From the NCBI GenBank assembly GCA_016195265.1, contig JACPZW010000062.1, positions 9,904 to 73,903 on the forward strand: a stretch of DNA of 64,000 nt. The letters run 5' to 3'. The translations under genes were made by a program, and so were the position numbers. Under the pieces are notes generated by a model that saw only the letters and a list, made by a program, of their open reading frames with translations, ran no database searches and was not told the origin of the DNA. This document shows positions 8,659-21,280 of the stretch, piece by piece. Numbering within the stretch: position 1 is the first letter of the stretch; each line of letters opens with the position of its first letter. Source of the stretch: Acidobacteriota bacterium (GTDB lineage Bacteria; Acidobacteriota; Vicinamibacteria; Vicinamibacterales; CAVVIG01).

Positions 8659-9602
8659 TGACGCGTGTCTTCAGTGCGATCGCCCTCGCGCTTTTCAGTC
8701 TCGGACCGTTTGCCCCGGCGAAGCCCCCGGTAGCGACGTCGCTCGCCCGGCAGTTCGCCGGCATCGCGAAGCCGGCCGGCGGACGTGTCGGCGCGGCGGC
8801 GATGCTCGTCGAAACCGGCGAGCGCGCGTCGCTGCGCGGCGACGAGCGCTTCCCGATGCAGAGCGTGTTCAAGCTGCCGGTCGCGCTCCACGTGCTGCAC
8901 GAAGCCGATGCGGGCCGCGTCCAGCTGTCGCGTGAGATCACGCTGACCAAGGCCGACCTGCGCGGCGCCGGCGGGATCGATCCCATCGCCGCGCGCTGGC
9001 CGGACGGCGTGACGCTGAGCGTCGAAGAATTGCTGCGCCGCATGGTGTCCAACAGCGACAACACGGCAGTCGACGCGCTGATGGCCGCGTCCGGCGGCCC
9101 GGCCGCCGTCACGCACCGCCTGATAGACCTGGGGATTCGCGCCATTCGCGTGGATCGCGGCGAGCGTGAGCTCGGCCTGGATCTGAGCGGCCCGACGCCG
9201 GCGAAACAGCGCGCGGCGTTCGCCCGCTACGCGCACGACCTGCGGGACACCGCGGCGCCGGACGCCGCGGTCGATCTGCTCGCGAAGATCGCGCGCAACG
9301 AAGATCAGCTCACGCCCGCGAGCCACGACCGGCTGCTGAAATGGATGATCGAGACCGAGACGCCGGCGTCGCGCGTCAAGGGCCAGTTGCCGGCCGGCAC
9401 GGTCGTGGCGCACAAAACGGGCACCGGACCGGACGTCGCCGGCATCAACTCGGTGACGAACGACATCGGCCTGATTACGCTGCCGAACGGCCGGCACGTC
9501 GCGGTCGCCGTGTTCGTGGCCACGTCGTCGAAGCCGCTCGCGGTACGCGAGGCGACGATCGCGCAAATCGCCAGGGCGGCCTACGATTATTGGTTAAAGT
9601 GA
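8655..9602 (+). CDS. Class A beta-lactamase
   Basis: Signal peptide, then SVFK (SxxK), SDN and KTG motifs in the right order and spacing. ATGA overlap with the upstream gene. Confidence 0.85.
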   Translation: MMTRVFSAIALALFSLGPFAPAKPPVATSLARQFAGIAKPAGGRVGAAAMLVETGERASLRGDERFPMQSVFKLPVALHVLHEADAGRVQLSREITLTKADLRGAGGIDPIAARWPDGVTLSVEELLRRMVSNSDNTAVDALMAASGGPAAVTHRLIDLGIRAIRVDRGERELGLDLSGPTPAKQRAAFARYAHDLRDTAAPDAAVDLLAKIARNEDQLTPASHDRLLKWMIETETPASRVKGQLPAGTVVAHKTGTGPDVAGINSVTNDIGLITLPNGRHVAVAVFVATSSKPLAVREATIAQIARAAYDYWLK

Positions 9603-9663
9603 AAACTTGAAAGAGAAAACTGAAAAGTGAAACTCAGCCCTTAGCCCCTTAGCCATCAGCCAT
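9601..9663. repeat. Low-complexity word repeats (AAAACTG-type, then CCCTTAGCC-type)
   Basis: GAAAACTTGAAAGAGAAAACTGAAAAGTGAAACTCAG followed by CCCTTAGCCCCTTAGCCATCAGCC. Related words recur at 10640-10702 and 54733-54845. Confidence 0.7.
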
Positions 9664-9668
9664 AAGTT

Positions 9669-10211
9669 ATGCATCCCCTCCCCTGGTACATCGCCGGCCC
9701 GCTCATCGGACTCGTCGTGCCCGCGTTGCTTCTCCTCGGCAACAAATCGTTCGGCATCTCGAGCAACTTTCGTCATCTCTGCGCGGCCATCGCGCCGTGC
9801 GGCCTCGAGTTCTTCGGCCACGACTGGAAGCGGACGGGGCTCTGGAATCTGGTGTTTCTCGCCGGCGTGTTCGCCGGCGCGACGCTCGCCGGATGGCTGG
9901 CGCCGCCGCCCGTCGCCATTGCGCCGCACACCGTGGAGACGCTGCGCGGGCTCGGATTACACTGGACCGGCGGTCTCGTGCCGCAGGAACTTTTCACGTG
10001 GGCGTCGCTGCTCACGCTGCGTGGGTTCGTCTGCGTCGTCGTCGGCGGATTTCTCGTCGGCTTCGGCACGGCGTACGCCGGCGGCTGCACGTCCGGCCAC
10101 GCGATCGCCGGGCTCGCGAATCTGGAGTTCGCGTCACTGCTCGCGGTGATCGGATTCTTCGCCGGCGGTCTGACGACAACCTTCGTCATCCTTCCGAGGC
10201 TGCTGGGATAG
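9669..10211 (+). CDS. YeeE/YedE family sulfur-compound transport membrane protein (first half-type)
   Basis: Multi-pass membrane protein with a GGCTSGH motif typical of YeeE/YedE. Confidence 0.75.
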   Translation: MHPLPWYIAGPLIGLVVPALLLLGNKSFGISSNFRHLCAAIAPCGLEFFGHDWKRTGLWNLVFLAGVFAGATLAGWLAPPPVAIAPHTVETLRGLGLHWTGGLVPQELFTWASLLTLRGFVCVVVGGFLVGFGTAYAGGCTSGHAIAGLANLEFASLLAVIGFFAGGLTTTFVILPRLLG

Positions 10212-10216
10212 ATAAC

Positions 10217-10633
10217 GTGTCGCTCATTCCGTACTTCCTCATCGGGTCTGCGTTCGGCGCCGTGCTGATGGAAGCGGAAGTCATCTCCTGGTTCCGGATT
10301 CAGGAGATGTTCCGCTTCGACGCGTTCCACATGTACGGGATCATCGGATCGGCGGTCGCGGTCGCCGGACTGTCGTTGTTGGCGATCGCCAAGCTCGGCC
10401 TCCGTGCGCCGGACGGATCGCCGCTCGCGCTCGCGCCCAAGAGGCTGGGCACTGGCGTCCGCTACCTCGCCGGCGGAACGATCTTCGGCCTTGGCTGGGC
10501 GCTGACTGGCGCGTGCCCCGGACCGCTCGTCGCGCTGATAGGCGGAGGCGTGCCGGTGATGGTGGTCGCGCTCGCGGGCGCGCTCGCGGGCACATGGCTC
10601 TACGGCCTTCTGCGTCCGCGCCTGCCGCACTAA
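10217..10633 (+). CDS. YeeE/YedE family membrane protein (second half-type)
   Basis: GTG lies 6 nt after the upstream stop. Contains the GACPGP motif and hydrophobic helices. Confidence 0.7.
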   Translation: MSLIPYFLIGSAFGAVLMEAEVISWFRIQEMFRFDAFHMYGIIGSAVAVAGLSLLAIAKLGLRAPDGSPLALAPKRLGTGVRYLAGGTIFGLGWALTGACPGPLVALIGGGVPVMVVALAGALAGTWLYGLLRPRLPH

Positions 10634-10639
10634 GATAGT

Positions 10640-10702
10640 CAAAACTGAAAACTGAAAACTGAGTACTGAAAACTCAGAACCCTGAACCCTGAACCCTGAA
10701 CC
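10640..10702. repeat. Tandem word repeats (AAAACTG copies, then GAACCCT x4)
   Basis: CAAAACTGAAAACTGAAAACTGAGTACTGAAAACTCAG followed by GAACCCTGAACCCTGAACCCTGAACC, running into the glnS ATG. Confidence 0.75.
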
Positions 10703-12396
<1,694 letters not shown>

Positions 12397-12400
<4 letters not shown>

Positions 12401-12450
12401 GGGCCGACCTTGGTCGGCCCCGCGACGGGCGGAGCAAGCTCCGCCCCTAC
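12397..12450. repeat. REP-like doublet, family B
   Basis: GTAGGGGCCGACCTTGGTCGGCCCC (12397-12421) and GGGCGGAGCAAGCTCCGCCCCTAC (12427-12450) lie in inverted orientation. The glnS TAG stop is the TAG of the first GTAG. Confidence 0.8.
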
Positions 12451-12535
12451 ACGTTTGTAACAACGCGATTGCCTTTTCGCGATCCATCCACCCGTAGCGT
12501 CTTCGCAAATCACCACGCGATCGCGTCTTGATCCA

Positions 12536-12564
12536 TTGACACCGCGACAAGCGGGCCATAAATT
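12536..12564 (+). promoter_or_regulatory. Candidate sigma70-type promoter
   Basis: TTGACA (12536-12541), a 17-nt spacer, then TAAATT (12559-12564). It lies ~23 nt upstream of the ATG at 12587, which is preceded by GGAG. Confidence 0.4.
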
Positions 12565-12586
12565 CGTCGCACACCCGGAGGTGCGC

Positions 12587-15500
12587 ATGTCCTGCCTGAA
12601 GCGGTTCGTCGCGGCGTTCAGTGTCTTCTCGCTCATGATTACGGCCTCGGTCGCCGGGGCCCAGACATTTCGCGGCGGAATTTCGGGACGAGTGACCGAT
12701 TCGACGGGCGCCGTGCTGCCCGGCGTGACCGTGACCGCGACCAACACCGCGACCGGCGTCGGCCGCACGACGACGACGTCCGACACCGGTGATTTCTCGC
12801 TGCCGGATCTCGCGCTCGGCGTCTACAAGGTGGAATTCACACTGCAGGGCTTCCAGACGCAGACGGCCACGCTCGAGGTGACGGTCTCGCGCATCTCGAC
12901 GCTCGACATGAAGCTGGGCCTGTCGAACGTCGCCGAGACGGTGACCGTGTCGGCCACGGCGATCACGCTGGACACCAAGTCCACGGCGCTCGCCAACGTC
13001 ATCAACCCGAAACAGGTGCAGGACCTGCCGCTCAACGGCCGCGACTTCACGCGCATGCTGCAGCTCTCACCCGGCGTCGCCGGGACGTCGGTGAACGGCG
13101 TGCGCACGCGCGGCAACAACTACCAGATTGACGGCGCCGACAACAACGACGCGTTCCAGAACGTGGCCGCGGTCAACCAGGGCGGCGTTTCCGGCATCGC
13201 GGGCACGCTGCTGCCGATCGAGGCGATCGATCAGTTCTCCGTGCAGTCGGGCGGCGAGGCCGAGAACGGCCGCAACGCCGGCTCCACGATCAACCTCGTC
13301 ATGAAGTCCGGGACGAACAGCGCCAAGGGCAGCGTGTACTACTTCAACCGTCATGAAGCGCTCGCCGCCAACTCGCCGGTCGCCGCGGCCGGCGCGCCGA
13401 AGCGCGAGATTCGCAACAACCAGTACGGTTTCTCGCTCGGCGGACCGATCGCTAGGAACAAGACGTTTTACTTTTCGACGCTCGAAGTCCAGAAGCTGAC
13501 CGCCGGCAACTCCCTCCCGGACACGGCGCCGTCACCGGCGTGGCAGGCGGGCGCCACGGCCCTCCTCAATCAGTTTGCCGTCCCCGTGAATCCCGTGGCG
13601 ACGAAGCTGCTCGCCCTCTGGCCCGCGGACAGCCTGATCGGGCCGGCCACCGCCCTGAATTTCGTGAGCGGCGATCAGAACACGTACAGCAGCTACAACG
13701 GCATCGTCAAAGTCGATCACAACTTCAACTCGGTCCACAGCATCTCCGCGCGGTACTTCGGCGGCGGCGGCGATCAGGTCGCGCAGGCCAATTCGCCCTA
13801 CCTCGCCTACTTCCAGGCGGTGCCGAGCCGCATGCACAACGTCTCGGTGGTGACGACGAGCGTCCTCACGTCGCATCTGGTGAACCAGCTGGTCGTCGGC
13901 TACAACTACTTCCTCCAGAAGTTCAATTCGTTCGACACGTCGGCCGATCCGCTGGCGATGGGGCTCAACACGGGCGTCAGCGACGACGCGACGCTGGTCG
14001 GGCCGCCGAACATCACCATCAGCGGCTTCGCCGCGGTGGGCGGCACGCAGCCGCTCGGGCGGATCGACAAGACGCTGCAGTTCACCGACTCAATGACGTA
14101 CGCGACCGGCGCGCACCAGATCAAGCTCGGCGGCGAGTTCCGCGTGGCCAAGCTGTTCATCTTCTACGACAGCAACAAGCGCGGCACGTTCACCTTCGAC
14201 GGCACCGTCGGCCCGTGGGCGGCGCTGCCGGCGGCGCAGGCGAGCTCCTCGCTCAAGGCGCTGGCGGACTTCATGTCCGGCCGCGTCGCGACGGGCAGCA
14301 TCGTGCGCGGCAACACGCATCACGACTACATCCAGAATTCGTGGGACGTCTACGCGCAGGACGTCTGGACGGCCACCCCGAAACTGACGCTCAACTTCGG
14401 TCTGCGCTACACGTATCCCGGCGTGCTCGGCGCCACCGACGGCCCGCTCACCACGTTCATTCCCAGCTAGGGGATGGTCTCGACCGACACGCTCTATCCC
14501 GCCGACAAGACGGACCTGTCGCCGCGCGCCGGGTTCACGTTCACGCCGACCGAGAGCCGCAAGACCGTCATTCGCGGCGGCTGGGGGCTCTTCTACGACA
14601 TGTTCGCGGTGAACTTCTTCACCGCGAACACGGGCTTCGCCAACGGCGGTGCGCTCGGCGTCGGCAACAATCCCGGCGGCGCCTCTCCCGTGTTTTCGAT
14701 CACGCAGACCAAGTTCAACCTCGTGAACGGCGCCCCGGTATTCGGTGCGACGCCGAATCCGCCGTACGGCGCGTTCGCCGTCAGCCAGGACCTGAAGCTG
14801 CCGTACGTGATCAACTTCAACGTCAACGTCCAGCAGCAGCTCGCCCCGACGATGATCGCGCAGATCGGCTACGTCGGCACGCGCGGCCATCGTCTCGGCC
14901 TGATGCGCGACATCAACGCGCCGGCGCCGCGGGTCGGCGGCGTGTCGCAGGCGGCGCGGCCCTACAACGCGCAGTACCCGACGCTCGCCGCGATCAACGA
15001 GCTCGATTCGATCGGCAGCTCCGAGTACAACTCGCTGCAGATGTCGCTGATTCAGAGCTCGTGGCACGGCATGTCCGGGCGGCTCAACTACACGCTGAGC
15101 CATGCGATGGACAACGGGTCGGAGGCGCGCAACACGCTGCCGATGAACTCGTCGGACATCGACGCGGACTGGGGCAACGCCGCGTTCGACATCCGCCACG
15201 TGATCAGCGCGGGCTTCACCTACTCGCTGCCGGCGCTCGGCAGGGGCCGGCTCGGCGACGGCTGGCAGTTCAACGTCATCTCGACGATTCAGAGCGGCTC
15301 GCCGTTCAACATCACGACCGGCGCCGACACCGACGGCACGGGCGATCGGCAGGACCGTCCAAACCTCGTCGGCGATCCGTTCGCCAACGTCGTGCAGCCG
15401 GCCACGGGCACATCCGTGCGGTGGTTCGATCCGGCGGCCTTCGCGGTGCCGGCGGCGGGCACCTACGGCAACCTCGCGCGGAACGCGTACTACGGACCCT

Positions 15501-15742
15501 GGTTCAAGACCGTGGATGTGTCGGTCTTCAAGACGACGAAGCTCGATGATCGGATGTCGTTGCAACTGCGCTGCGAGATCTTCAACGTGTTCAACATTGT
15601 CAACTGGGCGAATCCCGGCGCGTCGATGGCCAGCTCGACGACGTTCGGCTTGATGAGTAACACGCGCAACGCGACCAACGCGCCCGGCATCGGATCGGGC
15701 GAGCCGTTCAACGTGCAGCTCGCGGCGAAGTTATTGTTCTGA
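12587..15742 (+). pseudogene. TonB-dependent-receptor-like outer-membrane protein with an N-terminal carboxypeptidase-regulatory-like domain, split by one in-frame TAG (14468-14470)
   Basis: Signal peptide, then GRVTDSTGAVLPGVTVTATNTATG...GFQTQ. ORFs 12536-14470 and 14474-15742 share a frame and are separated only by TAG-GGG. The C-terminus ends in aromatic F, typical of a beta-barrel. Confidence 0.8.
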
Positions 15743-15745
15743 CAT

Positions 15746-15946
15746 GTAGGCCGGGTCCTTTGGTACGTAGGCCGGGTCCTTTTGGACCCGGCTGTCCGGC
15801 GGGTCCGAAAGGACCCGCCCTACGTACTGCTTTCGGCGGGTCCGGAAGGACCCGCCCTACGTACCACGTGCCAGTTCATCGGCCGCAACGGGCAGATCCT
15901 GCTGACGAACGCGAATGACGTGTAGGCTGGGTCCTTCGGCCCCGGC
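15746..15946. repeat. Cluster of five REP-like elements, family A
   Basis: Copies at 15746-15763 (truncated), 15765-15792, 15796-15825, 15835-15864 and 15922-15946. Each is GTAGG + CCGGGTCC-loop-GGACCCGG or its reverse complement. Confidence 0.85.
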
Positions 15947-15952
15947 ACAGCG

Positions 15953-16387
15953 TCACCCAACCAGCGGATTGATTGTCTTGAGGCCGGCGAACCGGCTGAA
16001 GTCCCGGTCGGCCGTCCACAGCTCTCTCACACCGTGATGCATGCAGAGCGCGGCCACGCGCGCGTCGTGTACCACGCCCCCCGTCGCTTTCGATCGCTCG
16101 AGCACGCCGCGGAGCGCGGCCCAGTAGCCGTCCGATTCCGCCAACGTCACAACGCTCGGCGATTCCAGCCACGCATCCACCTGATCGAGCGCCACCCGCA
16201 GAGGCGTTGGCGGGCGGTAGATCCGCGGGTGGGTCACGATCGCGAGGAACTCGTGCAGGCACGCCGCCGGGATGGCCCAATGCGCCGTGCCTTCGGCCAG
16301 TTCAGCCATGCGAGCAGACGCCCGCTCATGCCAGGGCGAGTCCTTGCGATGCGCGTATACCAGGACGTTGGTGTCCACTGCGATCAT
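15953..16387 (-). CDS. vapC: PIN-domain toxin, type II toxin-antitoxin system
   Basis: N-terminal DTNVLVY and further acidic PIN residues. 4-nt overlap with the upstream antitoxin gene. Confidence 0.85.
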   Translation of the reverse strand: MIAVDTNVLVYAHRKDSPWHERASARMAELAEGTAHWAIPAACLHEFLAIVTHPRIYRPPTPLRVALDQVDAWLESPSVVTLAESDGYWAALRGVLERSKATGGVVHDARVAALCMHHGVRELWTADRDFSRFAGLKTINPLVG

Positions 16388-16632
16388 CGACCGCCGCGTC
16401 CTTCGTAGGCGCGATCGCGAATCGCGTTCCAGTCATCGTGCGACAGATCGGCCGCCAGGCCCTTGCCGCCGAACGTGACGCGGCGGAGCTTGAAGCCGCC
16501 CCGTTGCGCGCGCTTGTCGACGACCTTCCTCAAACCTTCCTCGATAAGGGCCCGGACGGTCGTCCCTTCCTTCGCGGCAACCCGGCGGGCTGCGGTCAGC
16601 AGGGTATCGGCGATTTCCACTGTCGTCTTCAT
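16384..16632 (-). CDS. vapB: VapB-type antitoxin
   Basis: 82 aa. MKTTVEIADTLL...AKEGTTVRALIEEGLR is typical of antitoxins paired with PIN toxins. Confidence 0.75.
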   Translation of the reverse strand: MKTTVEIADTLLTAARRVAAKEGTTVRALIEEGLRKVVDKRAQRGGFKLRRVTFGGKGLAADLSHDDWNAIRDRAYEGRGGR

Positions 16633-16646
16633 ACATAAATATGTAT
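16631..16646. promoter_or_regulatory. 7-2-7 palindrome at the vapB start, candidate operator
   Basis: ATACATA-AA-TATGTAT has perfect arms. A second perfect palindrome, CATCATGATG, lies ~10 nt further upstream. Confidence 0.3.
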
Positions 16647-16732
16647 CACACTACCCATCATGATGTCTCATGAAAGTCTGCTCGGTTGAAAGCCCTCGCG
16701 CGAGGTCCGACATCCGCGCTACACTCCAGCGC

Positions 16733-17734
16733 ATGAAGACACGCTTGATTGCTCTCACTCTGGCGGCGGCGGTTGCGGCACCCGTCGCGTTCGCCCAGCA
16801 GACTGTCCGTTACGAGCCCGGCGACACAGATCTCAAGTACGTCTATGCAACCGTCCCTCCAGTGGCGACGCTGAAGCCGGGCGACACGCTCGAGACGAAG
16901 ACCGTGGACGCATTCGGCAACGTGATCCAGAAACCCGGCGACACGATGGCGATGGTGAAGGGCGACAACCCGCTGACGGGACCGTTCGCCGTCGCCGGCG
17001 CCGAGCCGGGCGACACGCTCGTCGTGAAGATTCTCGATCTCGTCGTGGACTCGCCGCGCGGCGTGGGCGCGCTCGCGCCTGGATTCGGCGCGCTGAACAC
17101 GACGTCCTACACGCCGATGCTGAACCCGAGTCTGCCCGAGCGCATCTGGTTCTACGACATCGACCGCGGCAAGAACCAGGCGACCTTCCACGCGCACGAC
17201 TCGAACTTCAGCGTGAACATCCCGATGCAGCCGTTTCTTGGCTGCATCGGCGTCGCGCCCGCGGGTGGCGAGGCCCGCAGCTCGATCGTCCCCGCCGAGT
17301 TCGGCGGCAACATGGACGCGCCGGAAGTGCGGCCGGGCTACACGCTCTACCTGCCGGTGAACGCGCCAGGCGCGCTGCTCTACATCGGCGACGGCCACGC
17401 GGCGCAGGGCGACGGCGAAGTCGCCGGCACGGCGATCGAAGTCCCGCTGCGCGTGCGGCTGCAGGTCGATCTGATCAAGGGCAAGAAAATCGCGTGGCCG
17501 CGGTTTGAGAACGAAGCGTCATTGATGGCGGTCGGCGCGTACCGTCCGCTCGACGATGCGCTGCGGATCGCGTTCACGGAGCTGGTGGGCTGGATTCACA
17601 GCGACTACAGATTGTCCGAACTCGACGCCTACGAGCTGTTGTCGAAGGTCGCGAAGATCCATCTCGTCGAGATGGTGGACCCGAATTACGTCGTCATCGC
17701 GGGGATCGATAAGAAATATCTGCCCGCGAGGTGA
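16733..17734 (+). CDS. Acetamidase/formamidase family protein, secreted
   Basis: Signal peptide MKTRLIALTLAAAVAAPVAFA, then GPFAVAGAEPGDTLVVKILD and GNMD motifs of the FmdA/AmdA family. Confidence 0.8.
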   Translation: MKTRLIALTLAAAVAAPVAFAQQTVRYEPGDTDLKYVYATVPPVATLKPGDTLETKTVDAFGNVIQKPGDTMAMVKGDNPLTGPFAVAGAEPGDTLVVKILDLVVDSPRGVGALAPGFGALNTTSYTPMLNPSLPERIWFYDIDRGKNQATFHAHDSNFSVNIPMQPFLGCIGVAPAGGEARSSIVPAEFGGNMDAPEVRPGYTLYLPVNAPGALLYIGDGHAAQGDGEVAGTAIEVPLRVRLQVDLIKGKKIAWPRFENEASLMAVGAYRPLDDALRIAFTELVGWIHSDYRLSELDAYELLSKVAKIHLVEMVDPNYVVIAGIDKKYLPAR

Positions 17735-17738
17735 GGAA

Positions 17739-17796
17739 GTAGGCCGGGTCCTTTCGGACCCGGCTGAACCGGCGGGTCCAAAAGGACCCGCCCTAC
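17739..17796. repeat. REP-like inverted doublet, family A
   Basis: GTAGGCCGGGTCCTTTCGGACCCGGC (17739-17764) and CCGGCGGGTCCAAAAGGACCCGCCCTAC (17769-17796) lie between convergent genes. Confidence 0.85.
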
Positions 17797-17799
17797 AAA

Positions 17800-20235
17800 T
17801 CACCGTTCGAAGCGCAGCTGCAGCCGGACGTGGCGGTCCTCGGAGTTGTAGAACGTGCCGAAGAACGGCGAGCCCGTGTTTGCCTGCACGTCGGCCGGCA
17901 GAAACGCGCTGAAGACGTTCGTCACGCGCACGCCCACCCAGGGTTTCCAACGGAAGACGTCCGCCCGGTACTGGAACCCGAGCTCCAGACGCGTGTAGGT
18001 CGGAAACCGGCGGTCGTTGCGGGCGCCGACGAAATCCAGCATCTCGTTGACGGCGGAGTACGGCACGCCGGTCCGCCAGTCCGCGGCGCCCAGCAACAGC
18101 CATCGCGGCGTCGCCAGAATGCGGCCCCGCACGAACAGCCGGTGCGGCACGTCCACGTTGAGCGGCGCGTACGCGTTCGCGCCGACGACGGGCGCCATCA
18201 CCGCATCAAAGAAGCTCGTCACGATGTTCAGATCGCCCTGCGCCGACGACCAGTCGTACAGCGCCTCGACGTCCGCGATCGTGCCGCGCGTGTAATGCGC
18301 GCCGATCTCGAGGTCGCGATAGCTCGACCCGCCGTCGCTCGACAGCCGCAGCTCGCCGGCGCTCGCGGTGACGGCCGGCTGCACGACGAACTCGCCTCGT
18401 CCATCGCGCTGGACGACGTTGGTGTGGAACGTCCACCGATCGCTGAACCGGTACTCGACGCCGGCGTCCCAGGCGCGGCTGCGCGGCGTCTCCAGTGCGG
18501 GCCCCGCCACGGGCGTGACGCGTACGGGTGACGCGATCGGCGTGACGCCGTTCGCCGCGAAACGCGCGTCCACCGCGCTCGTGAACGAACCGAACGCGCC
18601 GACGACCGAGGGCGTGCGGCCGTGAAAGAGACCAACGCCGCCGCGCAGCACGATGCTGCCAGAGCGATTCAGCAGCACGGCCGTGCCCATCCGCGGCGCG
18701 ACGTTGACCCGATCGACGATCCCGTCGCGATCGATTCTGGCGCCGAGCTCGACGTCCCACCGCGGCGTCAGCTCGAACCGGTCTTGCGCGAAGACGGCGA
18801 GATCGACGTTGCCGGTGGACTGGCGGCTCGGGCCCGCGTAGTCGAGCCGGCGCGCCAGCGTGCCGTCGGCGCGTTGGATCAGCACCGCGCGGCTGTCGCT
18901 CGCGCCGTCGTAGGCGGCGGCAATCACGTCGGCGCCGATCTTGAAGAGATGCGATCCCCACGGGCCGTCCTGCGGGACCGTCAGCAGCTCGACGAGCTGC
19001 ACCGATGTCGAGTCGCGCGCCTGCCGGTTGAAGAAATTCCCGAGCGTTGTCTCCGGCTGCAGGACCATCGGCGCGGCGCCCTGCGGCAGGACGTCGGTCC
19101 GCGACTGCAGGATCTGCACGGTCGTCTCGCTCGCGCGGTCGCCTGACCACAGCGTGCGCGCGGTGACCGCGGCGTGCGCGGCGAAGGCGTGCACGTCCAC
19201 GGTCGCGTCGGGGGACGTGAAGGTGCCGAGGTTCGTGGACGTCGATCGGTTGGGAAACACGCCGACGGTGGCGACGAGCGAGTGGCGCCGCGACAGAGTC
19301 GCGTCGGCGCGGCTGAACGCGCTGAAGAACGTCGACGTCCGCAGCTCCGACTCCGGGCGGCTCGGCACGTCGCTCGCGCTGTAGCGCAGCTGCCCGGTCT
19401 GCTCGAGGAAGAGCCGGTCCTTTATTAATGGCCCGCCGGTGGCGAACCGCGGTCCGAACGTGTCGATTCTGAACTTGAACAGCTCGCCGCGCGCGTTCCG
19501 GATCGTCGGGACGACGCGGTTGACCTGCGTGTGCCACTGGTCGGTGGCGCGCTTCGTCTGGATGACGACGACGCCCGACGCGAACCGCCCGTACTCGACG
19601 CCGTACGGGTTCGGCAGCACGGTGACCGAGTCGATCGCATCGTCAGGCAGCGCCACGTGCGCGATCGCGGATGACGGGTCGACCAGCGTGCCCGCGCCGA
19701 GCTGGACGCCCGTCTGGTTCGGACGTCCGCCCTTGATGTTCACGCCGCTCGAGGTCACGACGCTCGAAAACATCCGCACGGCGCTCTGAAATCCGGTGCC
19801 CGGCACGAACTGGTCGAGCTCCCGGCTGGCCATCGCGTCTTCCGGCGCGAGCGTGCCGCCGGTCGTCAGCACTTCGCTCGACGCGACGACGGCGATCGTT
19901 TCGGCGAGCGCGAGCTCGAGCGCAACGCGCGCGGTCCGTCCGCCGGCCACGACGACGGTCGCGTCCGCCGTTGCAAAGCCGCGTGCCGACGCCGTCACGC
20001 GATACGTGCCAGCAGGAAGGCCGCCGACGACGAAGCGGCCATCGCCGTCGCTGATCCGCCGCGCCACTACGCGGTCTGCGTCGTCGATCACGACGACTTC
20101 AGCGCGCGGAAGCGGAGTGCCGCCCTGCTGCATGGAGACGACGCCGCCTTCAATCGTACCCGTCGAGGCGGGTTGCTGAGTGCCCGCGAACGCAGGCGTC
20201 GAGGCGGTGAGCATCGCCAGAAGCAAGGCGGTCAT
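17800..20235 (-). CDS. TonB-dependent-receptor-like outer-membrane protein with a carboxypeptidase-regulatory-like domain
   Basis: Signal peptide, then GGLPAGTYRVTASARGF of a CarboxypepD_reg fold. Long beta-rich body with terminal ...LQLRFER. Confidence 0.75.
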   Translation of the reverse strand: MTALLLAMLTASTPAFAGTQQPASTGTIEGGVVSMQQGGTPLPRAEVVVIDDADRVVARRISDGDGRFVVGGLPAGTYRVTASARGFATADATVVVAGGRTARVALELALAETIAVVASSEVLTTGGTLAPEDAMASRELDQFVPGTGFQSAVRMFSSVVTSSGVNIKGGRPNQTGVQLGAGTLVDPSSAIAHVALPDDAIDSVTVLPNPYGVEYGRFASGVVVIQTKRATDQWHTQVNRVVPTIRNARGELFKFRIDTFGPRFATGGPLIKDRLFLEQTGQLRYSASDVPSRPESELRTSTFFSAFSRADATLSRRHSLVATVGVFPNRSTSTNLGTFTSPDATVDVHAFAAHAAVTARTLWSGDRASETTVQILQSRTDVLPQGAAPMVLQPETTLGNFFNRQARDSTSVQLVELLTVPQDGPWGSHLFKIGADVIAAAYDGASDSRAVLIQRADGTLARRLDYAGPSRQSTGNVDLAVFAQDRFELTPRWDVELGARIDRDGIVDRVNVAPRMGTAVLLNRSGSIVLRGGVGLFHGRTPSVVGAFGSFTSAVDARFAANGVTPIASPVRVTPVAGPALETPRSRAWDAGVEYRFSDRWTFHTNVVQRDGRGEFVVQPAVTASAGELRLSSDGGSSYRDLEIGAHYTRGTIADVEALYDWSSAQGDLNIVTSFFDAVMAPVVGANAYAPLNVDVPHRLFVRGRILATPRWLLLGAADWRTGVPYSAVNEMLDFVGARNDRRFPTYTRLELGFQYRADVFRWKPWVGVRVTNVFSAFLPADVQANTGSPFFGTFYNSEDRHVRLQLRFER

Positions 20236-20278
20236 GGGTGACGGGAGCCGCGATTATAGAGGAAGTAGAATCTGTGCG

Positions 20279-21276
<998 letters not shown>

Positions 21277-21280
<4 letters not shown>

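Noticed and set aside
13540-15565. Long alternative-frame and antisense ORFs (for example 13540-15549 plus strand, 669 aa; 14090-15565 minus strand, 491 aa). Similar ones occur at 459-1199, 3501-4697, 8145-9566, 10718-12109, 22361-23830, 24979-26256 and 59606-60814.
   Set aside because: They overlap genes with clear family motifs and are extremely Arg/Ala/Gly/Pro-rich. This is the usual stop-poor shadow-frame artefact of high-GC DNA, and no motifs were recognised.
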